56,084 nucleotides of DNA from a bacterium (GTDB lineage Bacteria > Bacteroidota > Ignavibacteria > UBA10030). Under the pieces are notes generated by a model, which saw nothing but the letters and a program-made list of their open reading frames with translations, was not told where the DNA came from and did no database searches. The translations under genes were made by a program, and so were the position numbers. Shown here in pieces: positions 20,098 through 29,684 of the stretch. The DNA is taken from contig JAZDJN010000102.1 of NCBI GenBank assembly GCA_043803945.1, positions 1 through 56,084 of the forward strand. Direction: 5' to 3'. Numbering within the stretch: position 1 is the stretch's first letter; every line of letters begins with the position of its first letter.

Positions 20098-20798
20098 ACA
20101 AGTACTTGGCAATTGCGGGCATCGGGTCTCGTCGAAAAAACGATGAACTGATTCTCTCCGGTGCTGTAAAAATCAATGGAAAAATTGTCCAGGAACTCGG
20201 CACGAAGGTCCACGTTCGAAGGGACAAGGTGACCGTGAATGGGCAATGGGTTGAAATCAGGGAAAAGGTGTATTACATCATGCTGAACAAACCGAAGGAT
20301 TGCATCACGACACTCAGCGATGAGAAGGGGCGCACAAGCATCCTCGATTATGTTCATGTGAAGGATCGAATTTTTCCGATTGGCCGCCTGGATCGTAATA
20401 CAACAGGGATACTGCTGTTGACGAACGATGGTGAACTCTCGAATTTACTGATACATCCAAAGCGTGAAATTGAACGATCCTATCGGGTTCGACTGGATCA
20501 GAGTGTGAATGATGCACACATCAGAGCCATCCGGAAGGGAGTACGCCTCGAAGATGGAGTGGCAAAACCTGATCGGATCGTCACCTTCCCCGGAACAAAA
20601 AGTAAGGAGTTTTTGCTAACAATTCGGGAAGGTCGTAACCGTGAGGTTAGACGAATGTTTGAAGCACTCGGTTACGAGGTGAAAGGATTGGAGCGAATTT
20701 CATTCGCAGGCCTTACCACCGAAGGATTGGCAAGAGGTAAATGGAGGATGTTATCACACCAGGAAGTGGAACATTTACGAAAGGAAGCAGGTCTATGA
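20043..20798 (+). CDS. rluB: RsuA/RluB family pseudouridine synthase
   Basis: RLNKYLA S4 domain, LNKP, GRLD.NTTG.LLLTNDG and EGRNREVRRM; follows scpAB. Confidence 0.9.
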   Translation: MANVEREDSRIHQEVIRLNKYLAIAGIGSRRKNDELILSGAVKINGKIVQELGTKVHVRRDKVTVNGQWVEIREKVYYIMLNKPKDCITTLSDEKGRTSILDYVHVKDRIFPIGRLDRNTTGILLLTNDGELSNLLIHPKREIERSYRVRLDQSVNDAHIRAIRKGVRLEDGVAKPDRIVTFPGTKSKEFLLTIREGRNREVRRMFEALGYEVKGLERISFAGLTTEGLARGKWRMLSHQEVEHLRKEAGL

Positions 20799-20810
20799 GG
20801 GTGAACATCT

Positions 20811-22352
20811 ATGCGGTTTGAACGAAGCAGCGGAATTCTTCTCCATCCCACATCGTTGCCCGGTCAGTACGGTTGTGGCGACTTCGGTGAAGTCTCCTAT
20901 CATTTTATTAATTGGTTGTCGGTTGCCGGGCAAAAACTCTGGCAGATTCTCCCTCTCGAACCTACAGGATATGCAAATTCACCGTACATGGCACTCTCGG
21001 CGTTTGCCGGAAATCCACTCCTGATTGGCGTTGAAGCATTGCTTGCCAAAGGATGGATTACCCGCGAGGAGATGGATGACCATCCCGATTTTCCTGTTCA
21101 GAAGGTTGAGTATGAAAGCGTTACCCCCTATCGGATCGGTCTTCTCCGGAAGGCTGCTGAGCGATTCTTCTCCAAGCCCGATGAAACCGACTTGATGAAC
21201 TTTGAAATGTTCAATCAAAAAAATCGTGAATGGCTGGAGGATTATGCTCTCTTTCAGGCTTTGAACGTCCGGTTCAGCGGTGTGGAGTGGACGGCGTGGG
21301 ATGCCCCTTTTGTAACAAGGGAACCCAAAGAGCTGGAACAGGTGTCACGCGAATTGCGGGATGAGATCAGATTCTGGATGTTTACCCAGTGGCAGTTCTA
21401 TGAACAGTGGCTGCGTGTGAAGAACTATGCCAACGATCGCGGAATAAAAATTATTGGCGATATCCCAATATTTGTCTCTCATCATAGTGCTGATGTTTGG
21501 TCGCACCGGGAATTATTCTATCTTGATAAGAAGGGGAATCCTTCGGTTGTGGCAGGTGTACCTCCAGATTATTTCAGTGAAACGGGGCAGCGATGGGGCA
21601 ATCCACTCTATCGATGGGATAAACTAGCAGAGCGAAAATACGATTGGTGGATCGAGCGTTTCCGCAGGACACTGAAACTTGTCGACATCGTACGCGTTGA
21701 TCATTTCCGCGGATTTGCAGGATACTGGGAAATTCCGGCAACAGAGAAAACAGCGGTGAAGGGAAGGTGGGTCGAAGGCCCTAAGGATCACTTTTTTAAA
21801 ACACTCAAAAGGAAATTGGTAAAGCTCCCGATTATCGCAGAGGACCTGGGCGTCATCACAGAGGATGTGGAAGAGTTACGCGAACAGTTCGATCTCCCTG
21901 GGATGAAAGTGCTGCAATTTGCATTTGGCGATGACCCTGATAATCCGTTTCTTCCGCACAATTACATATCGGAGTGCGTTGTCTATACCGGCACACATGA
22001 TAACGACACGACGCTTGGCTGGTATGAAAAAGCCAGTGAGCACGAACAGGATTTCCTCAGACGCTACGCGGCAACATCCGCAGCGGAAATCCATTGGGAT
22101 CTCATAGCGCTTGCTGCGCGCTCAGTCGCTGACGTCGTCGTGTTTCCTATGCAGGATATCCTCGGATTAGGTTCGGAATCACGGATGAATCTTCCAGGTA
22201 CTACTGTGGGTAACTGGGAATGGCGCTTCTCTTGGTCGCAAGTGGGACCCATGCCGGCTGAACGACTGTATCAAATTTCTGCCCTCTGTGGACGAACGGG
22301 CTACGATCGTCTCAATCTGTATCCGATCGATCCCAACAAACGAAAACCTTAA
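20811..22352 (+). CDS. malQ: 4-alpha-glucanotransferase (amylomaltase, GH77)
   Basis: [45 protein letters not shown] and YTGTHDNDT. Confidence 0.96.
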   Translation: MRFERSSGILLHPTSLPGQYGCGDFGEVSYHFINWLSVAGQKLWQILPLEPTGYANSPYMALSAFAGNPLLIGVEALLAKGWITREEMDDHPDFPVQKVEYESVTPYRIGLLRKAAERFFSKPDETDLMNFEMFNQKNREWLEDYALFQALNVRFSGVEWTAWDAPFVTREPKELEQVSRELRDEIRFWMFTQWQFYEQWLRVKNYANDRGIKIIGDIPIFVSHHSADVWSHRELFYLDKKGNPSVVAGVPPDYFSETGQRWGNPLYRWDKLAERKYDWWIERFRRTLKLVDIVRVDHFRGFAGYWEIPATEKTAVKGRWVEGPKDHFFKTLKRKLVKLPIIAEDLGVITEDVEELREQFDLPGMKVLQFAFGDDPDNPFLPHNYISECVVYTGTHDNDTTLGWYEKASEHEQDFLRRYAATSAAEIHWDLIALAARSVADVVVFPMQDILGLGSESRMNLPGTTVGNWEWRFSWSQVGPMPAERLYQISALCGRTGYDRLNLYPIDPNKRKP

Positions 22353-22372
22353 AATCTGTCTTATTGAACGCT

Positions 22373-23896
22373 ATGCACGATCATTCACAACAACCAACTG
22401 ACCATGAGGATCTGAATGTCCTCATGCTTCGCCGGCGGGAAGAACTCGAAGAACTGAAGAAGCTGGGGATCAATCCTTATCCTACTGGATTTGCCAGAAA
22501 ACACTACTCTCTTCAGGTCATTCAGGATTTCAAGGATGACGCTCCACAAAGGATTGTCACAGTCGCCGGGCGTATTCTCTCTCTCCGGAGAATGGGAAAG
22601 GCTTCCTTCTGTCATATCCTCGACGCGCAGGGGAAAATCCAGATCTATTTGAAAAAAGATGACCTGGGAACGATGTACGATGCTTTCAAGTTACTTGATA
22701 TCGGTGATATTATCGGAGTGAAGGGATTTGTGTTCCGCACAAAGATGGGCGAGATTTCTCTCCACACTCAGGAACTGACACTTCTTTCCAAATCGCTTCG
22801 ACCATTGCCTATTGTGAAGGAGAAAGTGGATGAGCAGGGCAATAAGGTTACCTACGACCCATTCTCCGATAAGGAATTGCGCTACCGCCAACGCTACGTC
22901 GACCTCGTTGTTAACCCGGAGGTGCGTGAAGTCTTTATCAAGCGGGCGAAAATCATCTCCTCCATTCGAGAATTTCTGGATGAGAAGGGCTACCTGGAAG
23001 TTGAGACTCCCGTACTTCAGCCAATCTATGGGGGTGCATCAGCTCGGCCGTTTATCGCTCATCATAATGCCCTCGACATTGATCTGTATCTGCGAATTGC
23101 CGATGAGTTGTACCTCAAGCGCTTGATAGTGGGGGGGTTCGATGGCGTCTATGAAATTTCGAAAGACTTTCGTAATGAAGGAATGGACCGGACACATAAT
23201 CCGGAATTCACCATGCTCGAACTGTATGTGGCCTATAAGGATTACCAGTGGATGATGGAATTAACAGAACAGATGGTTTATCATGTCGCGATGACCGTTA
23301 ATGGAAAACCGACCGCGATGGTTGATGGAAAAGAGATTGATTTTACTCCTCCCTGGAAGCGCGTGACAATGTTCGATGCCATCAAACAATACACCGGCAA
23401 GGAACTTCGCGGAAAGTCCGAGCAGGAACTCCGTACGATCGCCAAAGAATTGCATCTTGAAGTAGAACCCTCCATGGGCGCAGGAGCGATTATCGATGAG
23501 ATCTTTGGCGAAAAGGTGGAGCACCATCTCATCCAACCGACATTCATCACCGATTATCCATTGGAGATGTCTCCGCTGGCGAAAATCCATCGCTCTGAAC
23601 CAGGAGTTGTCGAGCGGTTCGAAGCCATTGTGAACGGGCATGAGATGTGCAATGCATTCTCCGAATTAAATGACCCTCTCGATCAACGGGCACGGTTTGA
23701 AGATCAGATGAAACTTCGCGATCGAGGGGATGAAGAAGCGCAGGTGCTTGACGAGGATTTCCTACGTGCCCTTGAATATGGAATGCCTCCGACGGCCGGA
23801 TTGGGCATTGGTATCGATCGCCTGGCCATGTTGCTGACAAACAAGAATTCTATTAGAGATGTCATTTTCTTCCCACAAATGAAACCTGAGAACTAG
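22373..23896 (+). CDS. lysS: Lysine--tRNA ligase (class II)
   Basis: [21 protein letters not shown] and [16 protein letters not shown]. Confidence 0.97.
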   Translation: MHDHSQQPTDHEDLNVLMLRRREELEELKKLGINPYPTGFARKHYSLQVIQDFKDDAPQRIVTVAGRILSLRRMGKASFCHILDAQGKIQIYLKKDDLGTMYDAFKLLDIGDIIGVKGFVFRTKMGEISLHTQELTLLSKSLRPLPIVKEKVDEQGNKVTYDPFSDKELRYRQRYVDLVVNPEVREVFIKRAKIISSIREFLDEKGYLEVETPVLQPIYGGASARPFIAHHNALDIDLYLRIADELYLKRLIVGGFDGVYEISKDFRNEGMDRTHNPEFTMLELYVAYKDYQWMMELTEQMVYHVAMTVNGKPTAMVDGKEIDFTPPWKRVTMFDAIKQYTGKELRGKSEQELRTIAKELHLEVEPSMGAGAIIDEIFGEKVEHHLIQPTFITDYPLEMSPLAKIHRSEPGVVERFEAIVNGHEMCNAFSELNDPLDQRARFEDQMKLRDRGDEEAQVLDEDFLRALEYGMPPTAGLGIGIDRLAMLLTNKNSIRDVIFFPQMKPEN

Positions 23897-24033
23897 GCTG
23901 TTCGTCTCTAGAATGAGAGTCTACGTAATCGATGAAACAATCGATTTTCAACACTGGTTTGCTTTTGAATTGAAATAATTTACTTTTGCCATAGAATAGG
24001 GCAGTGAAGAGTTGCTAAACAACGAGTGGATCA

Positions 24034-25674
24034 ATGACAAAACGCATGTTTTCGATATGGACTGTGGTTGCTGTCGGAATATTCTGTGTCATCGGTGGGA
24101 TGCAGTTAAATAATCTCATTTCGGGTGATGCCCTCTTTGACCAGTTGACAAAACTCGAACAGGTGTACAGGCTCGTGAAAGAATATTACGTCGAGCCGGT
24201 AGACATGACTCTTCTCACGGAATCTTCCATCAATGGAATGTTGGATAAGCTGGATCCGCATTCAACCTATATCCAGCCGAAAGCGTTTCAAGTGGTCTCG
24301 GAAGAAATGAAAGGAAAATTTGAGGGGATTGGTATTTACTTCAGCATCTTCAACGATACACTCGTTGTCACAGAACCCATCGGCGGCGGACCTTCCGCTC
24401 AGGTTGGGATCCAAACCAATGACCGTATTGTCAGGATCAATGATTCTTCTGTAATCGGATATACAACGGTTCGTATTCAGGCAAGCCTCAAAGGCCCAAA
24501 AGGTTCCAAGGTCAAGGTCTCAGTTGTCCGATCAAATGTGAAAGAACTCCTCGACTTTGTGATCACGCGTGATGTCATCTCCCTCAATAGTGTCGATGCG
24601 GCGATGATGGTCCGTGAAGGGGTCGGATATATCAGCGTTAATAAATTTATCGAGCCGACTCATACCGAGATGGCCACTGCTCTGAAAAAGCTTCAGGGAT
24701 TGGGGATGAAGAGGCTTATTCTTGACTTACGAGCAAATCCTGGAGGGTATCTGGAAGAAGCAGTTCGCATGGCAGATCTGTTTCTCGATGGAGGATCAAG
24801 CGAGGTACCTCATAAAATTGTGTACACGAAGGCACGGATTCCGGAATTTGAGGAATCGTACGTTGCTCGCACTGGAGAAGAATTTGAAAAAGTTCCGCTC
24901 ATTGTTCTCATCAGTAACTTCTCGGCAAGCGCAAGTGAGATCGTTGCCGGAGCTGTTCAGGATTGGGATCGCGGATTAATTGTTGGCGAGACAAGTTTTG
25001 GAAAGGGATTAGTTCAGCGACAGTGGGAATTGAATGACCGATCAGCATTACGCCTCACCATCGCACGCTATTACACACCGAGCGGCAGGTTGATTCAGCG
25101 GGCGTATGAAGGGAAAGGAAAAGATGAATATCGCAAAGAAGCGTTTCAGCGAGAGGAGCAAGAAGGAGAGAATATTCAGCACAAAACAGAAGGCGACTCT
25201 GCCCGGCCCATCTTCAAAACTGCGTCCGGACGGATTGTCTATGGCGGCGGTGGAATCACTCCTGACTATGTCGTCAAGAGCCAAACCCTCACCTCCTATT
25301 CCCAAACAATTTTGCGTCGCGCCTTGACCGATCAATTCATCATTACGTATCTCGATAAAGAGGGTTCGAAGATTCATTCGGCGTATGGAAAGGATTTTGG
25401 ACGGTTCAAAAAGGATTTTGTGGTTGATCAATCACTCATGAAGGATTTTTTTCAGTACGTCGACAGCAAACTTGCAGAAGACAAAGATCTGAAAGTGGAG
25501 CGAAAGGACCTTGACAAAGATCAGGAATACCTTAGAGTTCGCTTGAAGGCAACTATCGCTCGCAGCTATTGGGGATTTGAAGGATGGTATTCGATCATGC
25601 TCGAAGTCGATTCGCAATTCCTGAAGGCAGTTACGCTTTTCCCTGAAGCAATGAAGATTGCAAAACTCAATTAG
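24034..25674 (+). CDS. S41 family C-terminal processing peptidase (CtpA/Prc-like)
   Basis: LDPHS, PDZ GIGI, DLRANPGG, SASASEI, FGKG.VQ and GGGITPD. Confidence 0.94.
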   Translation: MTKRMFSIWTVVAVGIFCVIGGMQLNNLISGDALFDQLTKLEQVYRLVKEYYVEPVDMTLLTESSINGMLDKLDPHSTYIQPKAFQVVSEEMKGKFEGIGIYFSIFNDTLVVTEPIGGGPSAQVGIQTNDRIVRINDSSVIGYTTVRIQASLKGPKGSKVKVSVVRSNVKELLDFVITRDVISLNSVDAAMMVREGVGYISVNKFIEPTHTEMATALKKLQGLGMKRLILDLRANPGGYLEEAVRMADLFLDGGSSEVPHKIVYTKARIPEFEESYVARTGEEFEKVPLIVLISNFSASASEIVAGAVQDWDRGLIVGETSFGKGLVQRQWELNDRSALRLTIARYYTPSGRLIQRAYEGKGKDEYRKEAFQREEQEGENIQHKTEGDSARPIFKTASGRIVYGGGGITPDYVVKSQTLTSYSQTILRRALTDQFIITYLDKEGSKIHSAYGKDFGRFKKDFVVDQSLMKDFFQYVDSKLAEDKDLKVERKDLDKDQEYLRVRLKATIARSYWGFEGWYSIMLEVDSQFLKAVTLFPEAMKIAKLN

Positions 25675-25681
25675 GTTCATC

Positions 25682-26572
25682 ATGGATATACCAACGCTAT
25701 CGTTACTGAATATTTATTTTCGAAAGAACATCGGTCTCATCGCCTTGGTCTTTGTTATCTTCCTCTTCAGTGGAAGTACAGGGATTCCGGAAAAGTCCAA
25801 GATACACAAAAGTGTGCCGGCGGTTCAATCGACAATGTTACAGATCGGAGAGGAACTTGAGTACAAGGTCAGTTATTCTTTCTTTACGATAGGCACGATC
25901 CGGATCCAGGTTGTCGATGCTGTTACTAACAATGGCAGAACAATCTATCGTACGAAGGCGTTCATCAATTCCAATCCTTCATTAACTTGGCTTGTGGATC
26001 TGCACATCCAATTCGAGAGCGAAATGGATCCATCAATCTATTCTCATGGTTGGATTGGTGATGATAGTACAAAGAAGGAAGTCACCTATCGACGGTTCGC
26101 ATTCGATTATAATAAAAATAGGGTGACTATGGATCGTGGACGGAAAATATCCGGCGGAGTCCGGAAAACCGAAGTGCTCGATACCACAGCCATCTCCGGG
26201 CAATGCCAGGACGGCTTGTCGCTCTTCTTCTATGCCCGTGAGAATGTGCGGCAGAAGAAACAGGTTTCAGTCCTAACATTCATCGATAAGCAGGAAGCTT
26301 CCACGCTCATTAATTTCCAGAATGCAATCGCCGATGCAGATATTGATGCTGTAGACTACCCCATTGAAGTGGTCGCCTTGGATGGAAAGGCAGATTATGT
26401 TGGGGTGTTTGGATTAACCGGTGGTTTCCGTGGTTGGTTCAGCAATGATGAGGCGCGAATTCCCATCATTGCGCGGATGAATGTGATCCTGGGAAGCATC
26501 AAAATAGAATTGATGAAGTGGAACAGGCCGGGGTGGCAGCCTCCGAAGTACACGAAAGGGAATCGGCCTTGA
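25682..26572 (+). CDS. DUF3108-type exported beta-rich protein
   Basis: Signal-like N-terminus, GEEL.Y.VSY and W.SND..RIP......GS.K.EL pattern. Confidence 0.7.
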   Translation: MDIPTLSLLNIYFRKNIGLIALVFVIFLFSGSTGIPEKSKIHKSVPAVQSTMLQIGEELEYKVSYSFFTIGTIRIQVVDAVTNNGRTIYRTKAFINSNPSLTWLVDLHIQFESEMDPSIYSHGWIGDDSTKKEVTYRRFAFDYNKNRVTMDRGRKISGGVRKTEVLDTTAISGQCQDGLSLFFYARENVRQKKQVSVLTFIDKQEASTLINFQNAIADADIDAVDYPIEVVALDGKADYVGVFGLTGGFRGWFSNDEARIPIIARMNVILGSIKIELMKWNRPGWQPPKYTKGNRP

Positions 26573-27081
26573 TTCTTCCGTACAAAGGAGTGCATCCGAA
26601 GATTCATGATTCCGTCTTCATTGCCGAAGGGGCACAAATCATCGGAGATGTTGAGATTGGAAGGGAAAGCAGTATCTGGTTCAACACAGTCATTCGCGGA
26701 GATGTAAATACTATCCGCATTGGTGAGCAGACAAATGTTCAAGATCAGTGTGTCCTTCATGTAACGTATCAAAAATATCCATTGGTGGTCGGGTCGCGCG
26801 TTACAGTGGGCCATGGCGCCATTCTCCATGCGGCAACGATAAAAGATTACTGTATGATCGGGATGGGAGCGATAATTCTTGATGATGCTGAGATTGACTC
26901 GTATGTCATTGTTGCCGCAGGCGCACTTGTCCTTGAACATTTTAAAGCTCCCGGAGGCACCTTAATCGCCGGTATTCCGGCAAGAGTCAAGAGAGATCTC
27001 ACGAAGGAAGAGCATTCAATGATTGAGACTTCTGCGCAGCGATACATCCAATACGTCAGTAATTATCGAGAAACAAGGTAA
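26569..27081 (+). CDS. Gamma carbonic anhydrase family protein
   Basis: Hexapeptide repeats, IRGD, NVQD..VLH and VGH.AILH; TTG start overlaps the upstream TGA. Confidence 0.92.
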   Translation: MILPYKGVHPKIHDSVFIAEGAQIIGDVEIGRESSIWFNTVIRGDVNTIRIGEQTNVQDQCVLHVTYQKYPLVVGSRVTVGHGAILHAATIKDYCMIGMGAIILDDAEIDSYVIVAAGALVLEHFKAPGGTLIAGIPARVKRDLTKEEHSMIETSAQRYIQYVSNYRETR

Positions 27082-27094
27082 GTATGAGGGAACT

Positions 27095-27994
27095 ATGAAA
27101 CTGAAATTCTGGGGAGTCCGCGGATCGATCCCGTCGCCTGGTAAACACACAGTGCGGTATGGGGGCAATACGCCATGTCTTGAACTCCGATTCGATGATG
27201 ATAAGTTGATCATCTTCGATGCAGGAACCGGCATCCGGAATCTTGGCGACCACCTCATGAACAGCGGAGAATCGATTAAAGCACACCTCCTGATTACGCA
27301 TCCACATTGGGATCATATTCAGGGATTTCCCTTCTTTAAGCCCGCATTCATTTCGGGGAACGAACTGACGATCATTGGAACGGAGCGGCTGGAGAAATCG
27401 TTGAATGAGATTATCTCAGAGCAGATGAATCGGATTTATTTCCCGGTGCAGTTGAATGAACTCAAGGCAAAAATTAAATTTGTACCGATTCGTGAAGAAG
27501 GCGAATTTTCAATCTATGATGCACACGTAAAATGCATCTACGTCAACCATCCTGGGTTCACGGTTGGCTACAGAATAGAGTACGGTGAAAAATCGCTGGT
27601 CTATATCAGTGACAACGAACCGTTCGATCAAAAAGCGGCTGCATCGCTCTCGAATTTCGAAAATGTTGTCATGGAAAAATATAGTGCCACCCAAGGCGAT
27701 CCGAATCAACGGATCTTCGATTTCTGCAAAGGAGTCGATTTGCTAATTCATGATGCCACCTATACCCCTGAGGAATATATCGATCGCGTTGGGTGGGGAC
27801 ATTCCCATTACCTCTTCACCTTGCGGGTTGCCGCTGAAGCAAACGTCAAACGATTATACCTCTTCCATCATGATCAGAATCATAGCGATGATAAGGTGGA
27901 CGACATCCTTCGCAAATGCAAGAGGGAGGTGAAAACTCGTGGGTATAAATTCGAATGTGAAGCAGCTGCAGAGAATATGGAGATTGCAATCTAA
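27095..27994 (+). CDS. MBL-fold metallo-hydrolase
   Basis: FWGVRGSIP, GGNT.C, DAGTG, THPHWDHIQG, HPG, GWGHS and FHHD. Confidence 0.92.
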   Translation: MKLKFWGVRGSIPSPGKHTVRYGGNTPCLELRFDDDKLIIFDAGTGIRNLGDHLMNSGESIKAHLLITHPHWDHIQGFPFFKPAFISGNELTIIGTERLEKSLNEIISEQMNRIYFPVQLNELKAKIKFVPIREEGEFSIYDAHVKCIYVNHPGFTVGYRIEYGEKSLVYISDNEPFDQKAAASLSNFENVVMEKYSATQGDPNQRIFDFCKGVDLLIHDATYTPEEYIDRVGWGHSHYLFTLRVAAEANVKRLYLFHHDQNHSDDKVDDILRKCKREVKTRGYKFECEAAAENMEIAI

Positions 27995-27996
27995 AC

Positions 27997-28025
27997 TTGA
28001 CAATCAGAGAGGTCGTGGTTATATT
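27997..28025 (+). promoter_or_regulatory. Near-consensus sigma70-type promoter
   Basis: TTGACA-17 nt-TATATT. Confidence 0.75.
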
Positions 28026-28114
28026 TGGTTCGGCTGTTGGATGAACAGGTACACCACAAGCCAAGAGAGGTTGATGCAGAAAAAGGGAAGCATACGAGCG
28101 CTGTTTCAAGATTA

Positions 28115-28167
28115 CCCCGAGTTGCCTAAAGTTTTTACTCGCTTCAAAAGCACATCGGGGATTTTTA
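28115..28167 (+). terminator. Possible terminator/attenuator hairpin in a long 5' leader
   Basis: CCCCGA...TCGGGG stem followed by ATTTTT; large internal region makes it atypical. Confidence 0.4.
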
Positions 28168-28287
28168 TTGTCTGCTGCCACTGATGAATTTCGGTTCAGT
28201 TGCACTCGGGCAGATATTGGATCATCAATCGCTGATGAGTGAAGTGTGTGCCGGGTAGAGTGCTGGCATAAAAAGATAGGATTGTCT

Positions 28288-28782
28288 ATGGCTTTTGAAT
28301 TTACATCTTCGGACATTCGTAAAATATCCAAAGTCCTCAATGTCAAGCCGAAGCTCCGCGGGAATAATTATCGATTTGAGATTGAGGGAAATTCACCCGG
28401 GCGCAAACTGGCTCTGGAAATTTATCCGGATATCCAGATTGGTCACCGGAAAGGGAATCTCATCTCGATGTATACGCCAACGGCGCACCTCCAATTGCAT
28501 TTTTGTACGGGATATGTTGTGAGTGCCATGTTAAGAGAAGTTACATTTGTTGCAGAATCGAATGGCAAACTCTCCGGCTTGACTGTGGAACGGGAGGGAG
28601 GCTGCTCACTCTATGCACACGTTGACAGGGAAATTCTTTCCGGAGATTTCACTGCATTAGGTCCGGAGGTAATGCTCTCAGGAATTGCACTCTCGCTGAC
28701 GGAAAGTATTTTACCGGCTCCTCCCCACACAGAGAAGCGAAAAATAATCCCAAAAACATCCAAAAAAGGCAGAAAGCGCTGA
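28288..28782 (+). CDS. Hypothetical protein with basic C-terminal tail
   Basis: ORF directly abutting ybeY; AGGA upstream of the ATG at 28288. Confidence 0.75.
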   Translation: MAFEFTSSDIRKISKVLNVKPKLRGNNYRFEIEGNSPGRKLALEIYPDIQIGHRKGNLISMYTPTAHLQLHFCTGYVVSAMLREVTFVAESNGKLSGLTVEREGGCSLYAHVDREILSGDFTALGPEVMLSGIALSLTESILPAPPHTEKRKIIPKTSKKGRKR

Positions 28783-29238
28783 TTGAAGGACCGAATGATT
28801 TCGGTTGCGTTTCAATACTCTTCCCGGAGAATAACCAAGAAGGAAACTCAGCGCATCGTTTGCTTGGTTCTATCGGGGGAAGAAGTTAAGAAGAAGTCAA
28901 TCTCTGTGGTTTATGTCGGCAATAAGTACATGCAAAGGATGAATCGCCGATTTCTCAACCACAATTATCCGACTGATGTGATTGCGTTCCCGCTGGATCA
29001 GGATCAAGGAATTCAAGGGGAACTCTATGTGAATATCGAACGGGTTTCCTCGCAAGCAAAGGAATTTGGAGTTACAATCCTCAATGAACTCCGGCGGCTG
29101 CTCATTCATGGCACGCTTCATTTGTCAGGATATTCCGATACCGATGTTCAAAGCAAGGCAAGAATGACCGCGTGCGAAAATAAGTACCTTGCGCAATTGG
29201 AAAAGAAAGCACGAGAACATGCAAGAAAGAATTATTGA
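28783..29238 (+). CDS. ybeY: rRNA maturation endoribonuclease YbeY
   Basis: N..FL.H.YPTDVI.F, GELY and HG.LHL.GY.D. Confidence 0.93.
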   Translation: MKDRMISVAFQYSSRRITKKETQRIVCLVLSGEEVKKKSISVVYVGNKYMQRMNRRFLNHNYPTDVIAFPLDQDQGIQGELYVNIERVSSQAKEFGVTILNELRRLLIHGTLHLSGYSDTDVQSKARMTACENKYLAQLEKKAREHARKNY

Positions 29239-29674
29239 AATAATTATTTTTCTCGTCAATGAACTCCGATCGAACAAGCAACTCGCTGAAGTAGATGTCT
29301 CGCTGTTGACGGAAAATGGTTACACCCAGACGGAGATCTCAACCGCGTTTTCCTGGATTTTTGAGCGGCTTTCGATCGGCCAACAGGTATTGCCGCCTTC
29401 GCTCGAAAAGACGCTCTCACATCGGATTCTCCATGAAGCCGAGCGGATGGTAATCAGCACCGAAGCATTTGGATATCTGCTGCAATGCCTGCAGTTGAGT
29501 ATCATTTCCTATGCCGATATGGAGATGATTATTGAACGAATAATGGCTGCAGGATTCTCAACCGTTGGAATCCCTGAAATGAAAAGCTTCATTGCAGGGA
29601 TGTTGCTCGATACGAGCATGCCGCCCGGTTCTGCCGGTCGGATTTCCCTTTCTAGTGACGATACAATTCATTAA
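29219..29674 (+). CDS. DUF494 / Smg family protein
   Basis: L...GY...EI..AFSW and RILH.AE motifs; upstream of topA as is typical. Confidence 0.85.
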   Translation: MQERIIEIIIFLVNELRSNKQLAEVDVSLLTENGYTQTEISTAFSWIFERLSIGQQVLPPSLEKTLSHRILHEAERMVISTEAFGYLLQCLQLSIISYADMEMIIERIMAAGFSTVGIPEMKSFIAGMLLDTSMPPGSAGRISLSSDDTIH

Positions 29675-29684
29675 TGATTGACCC

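Noticed and set aside
27939-28184. 81-aa ORF over the putative leader
   Set aside because: It overlaps the upstream gene end and the promoter and has no recognisable motif; a short leader peptide cannot be fully excluded.
29107-29139. YbeY third metal-binding His replaced by Asp (GYSD)
   Set aside because: As I recall, this variant is common in Bacteroidota-type YbeY and is not evidence of inactivation.
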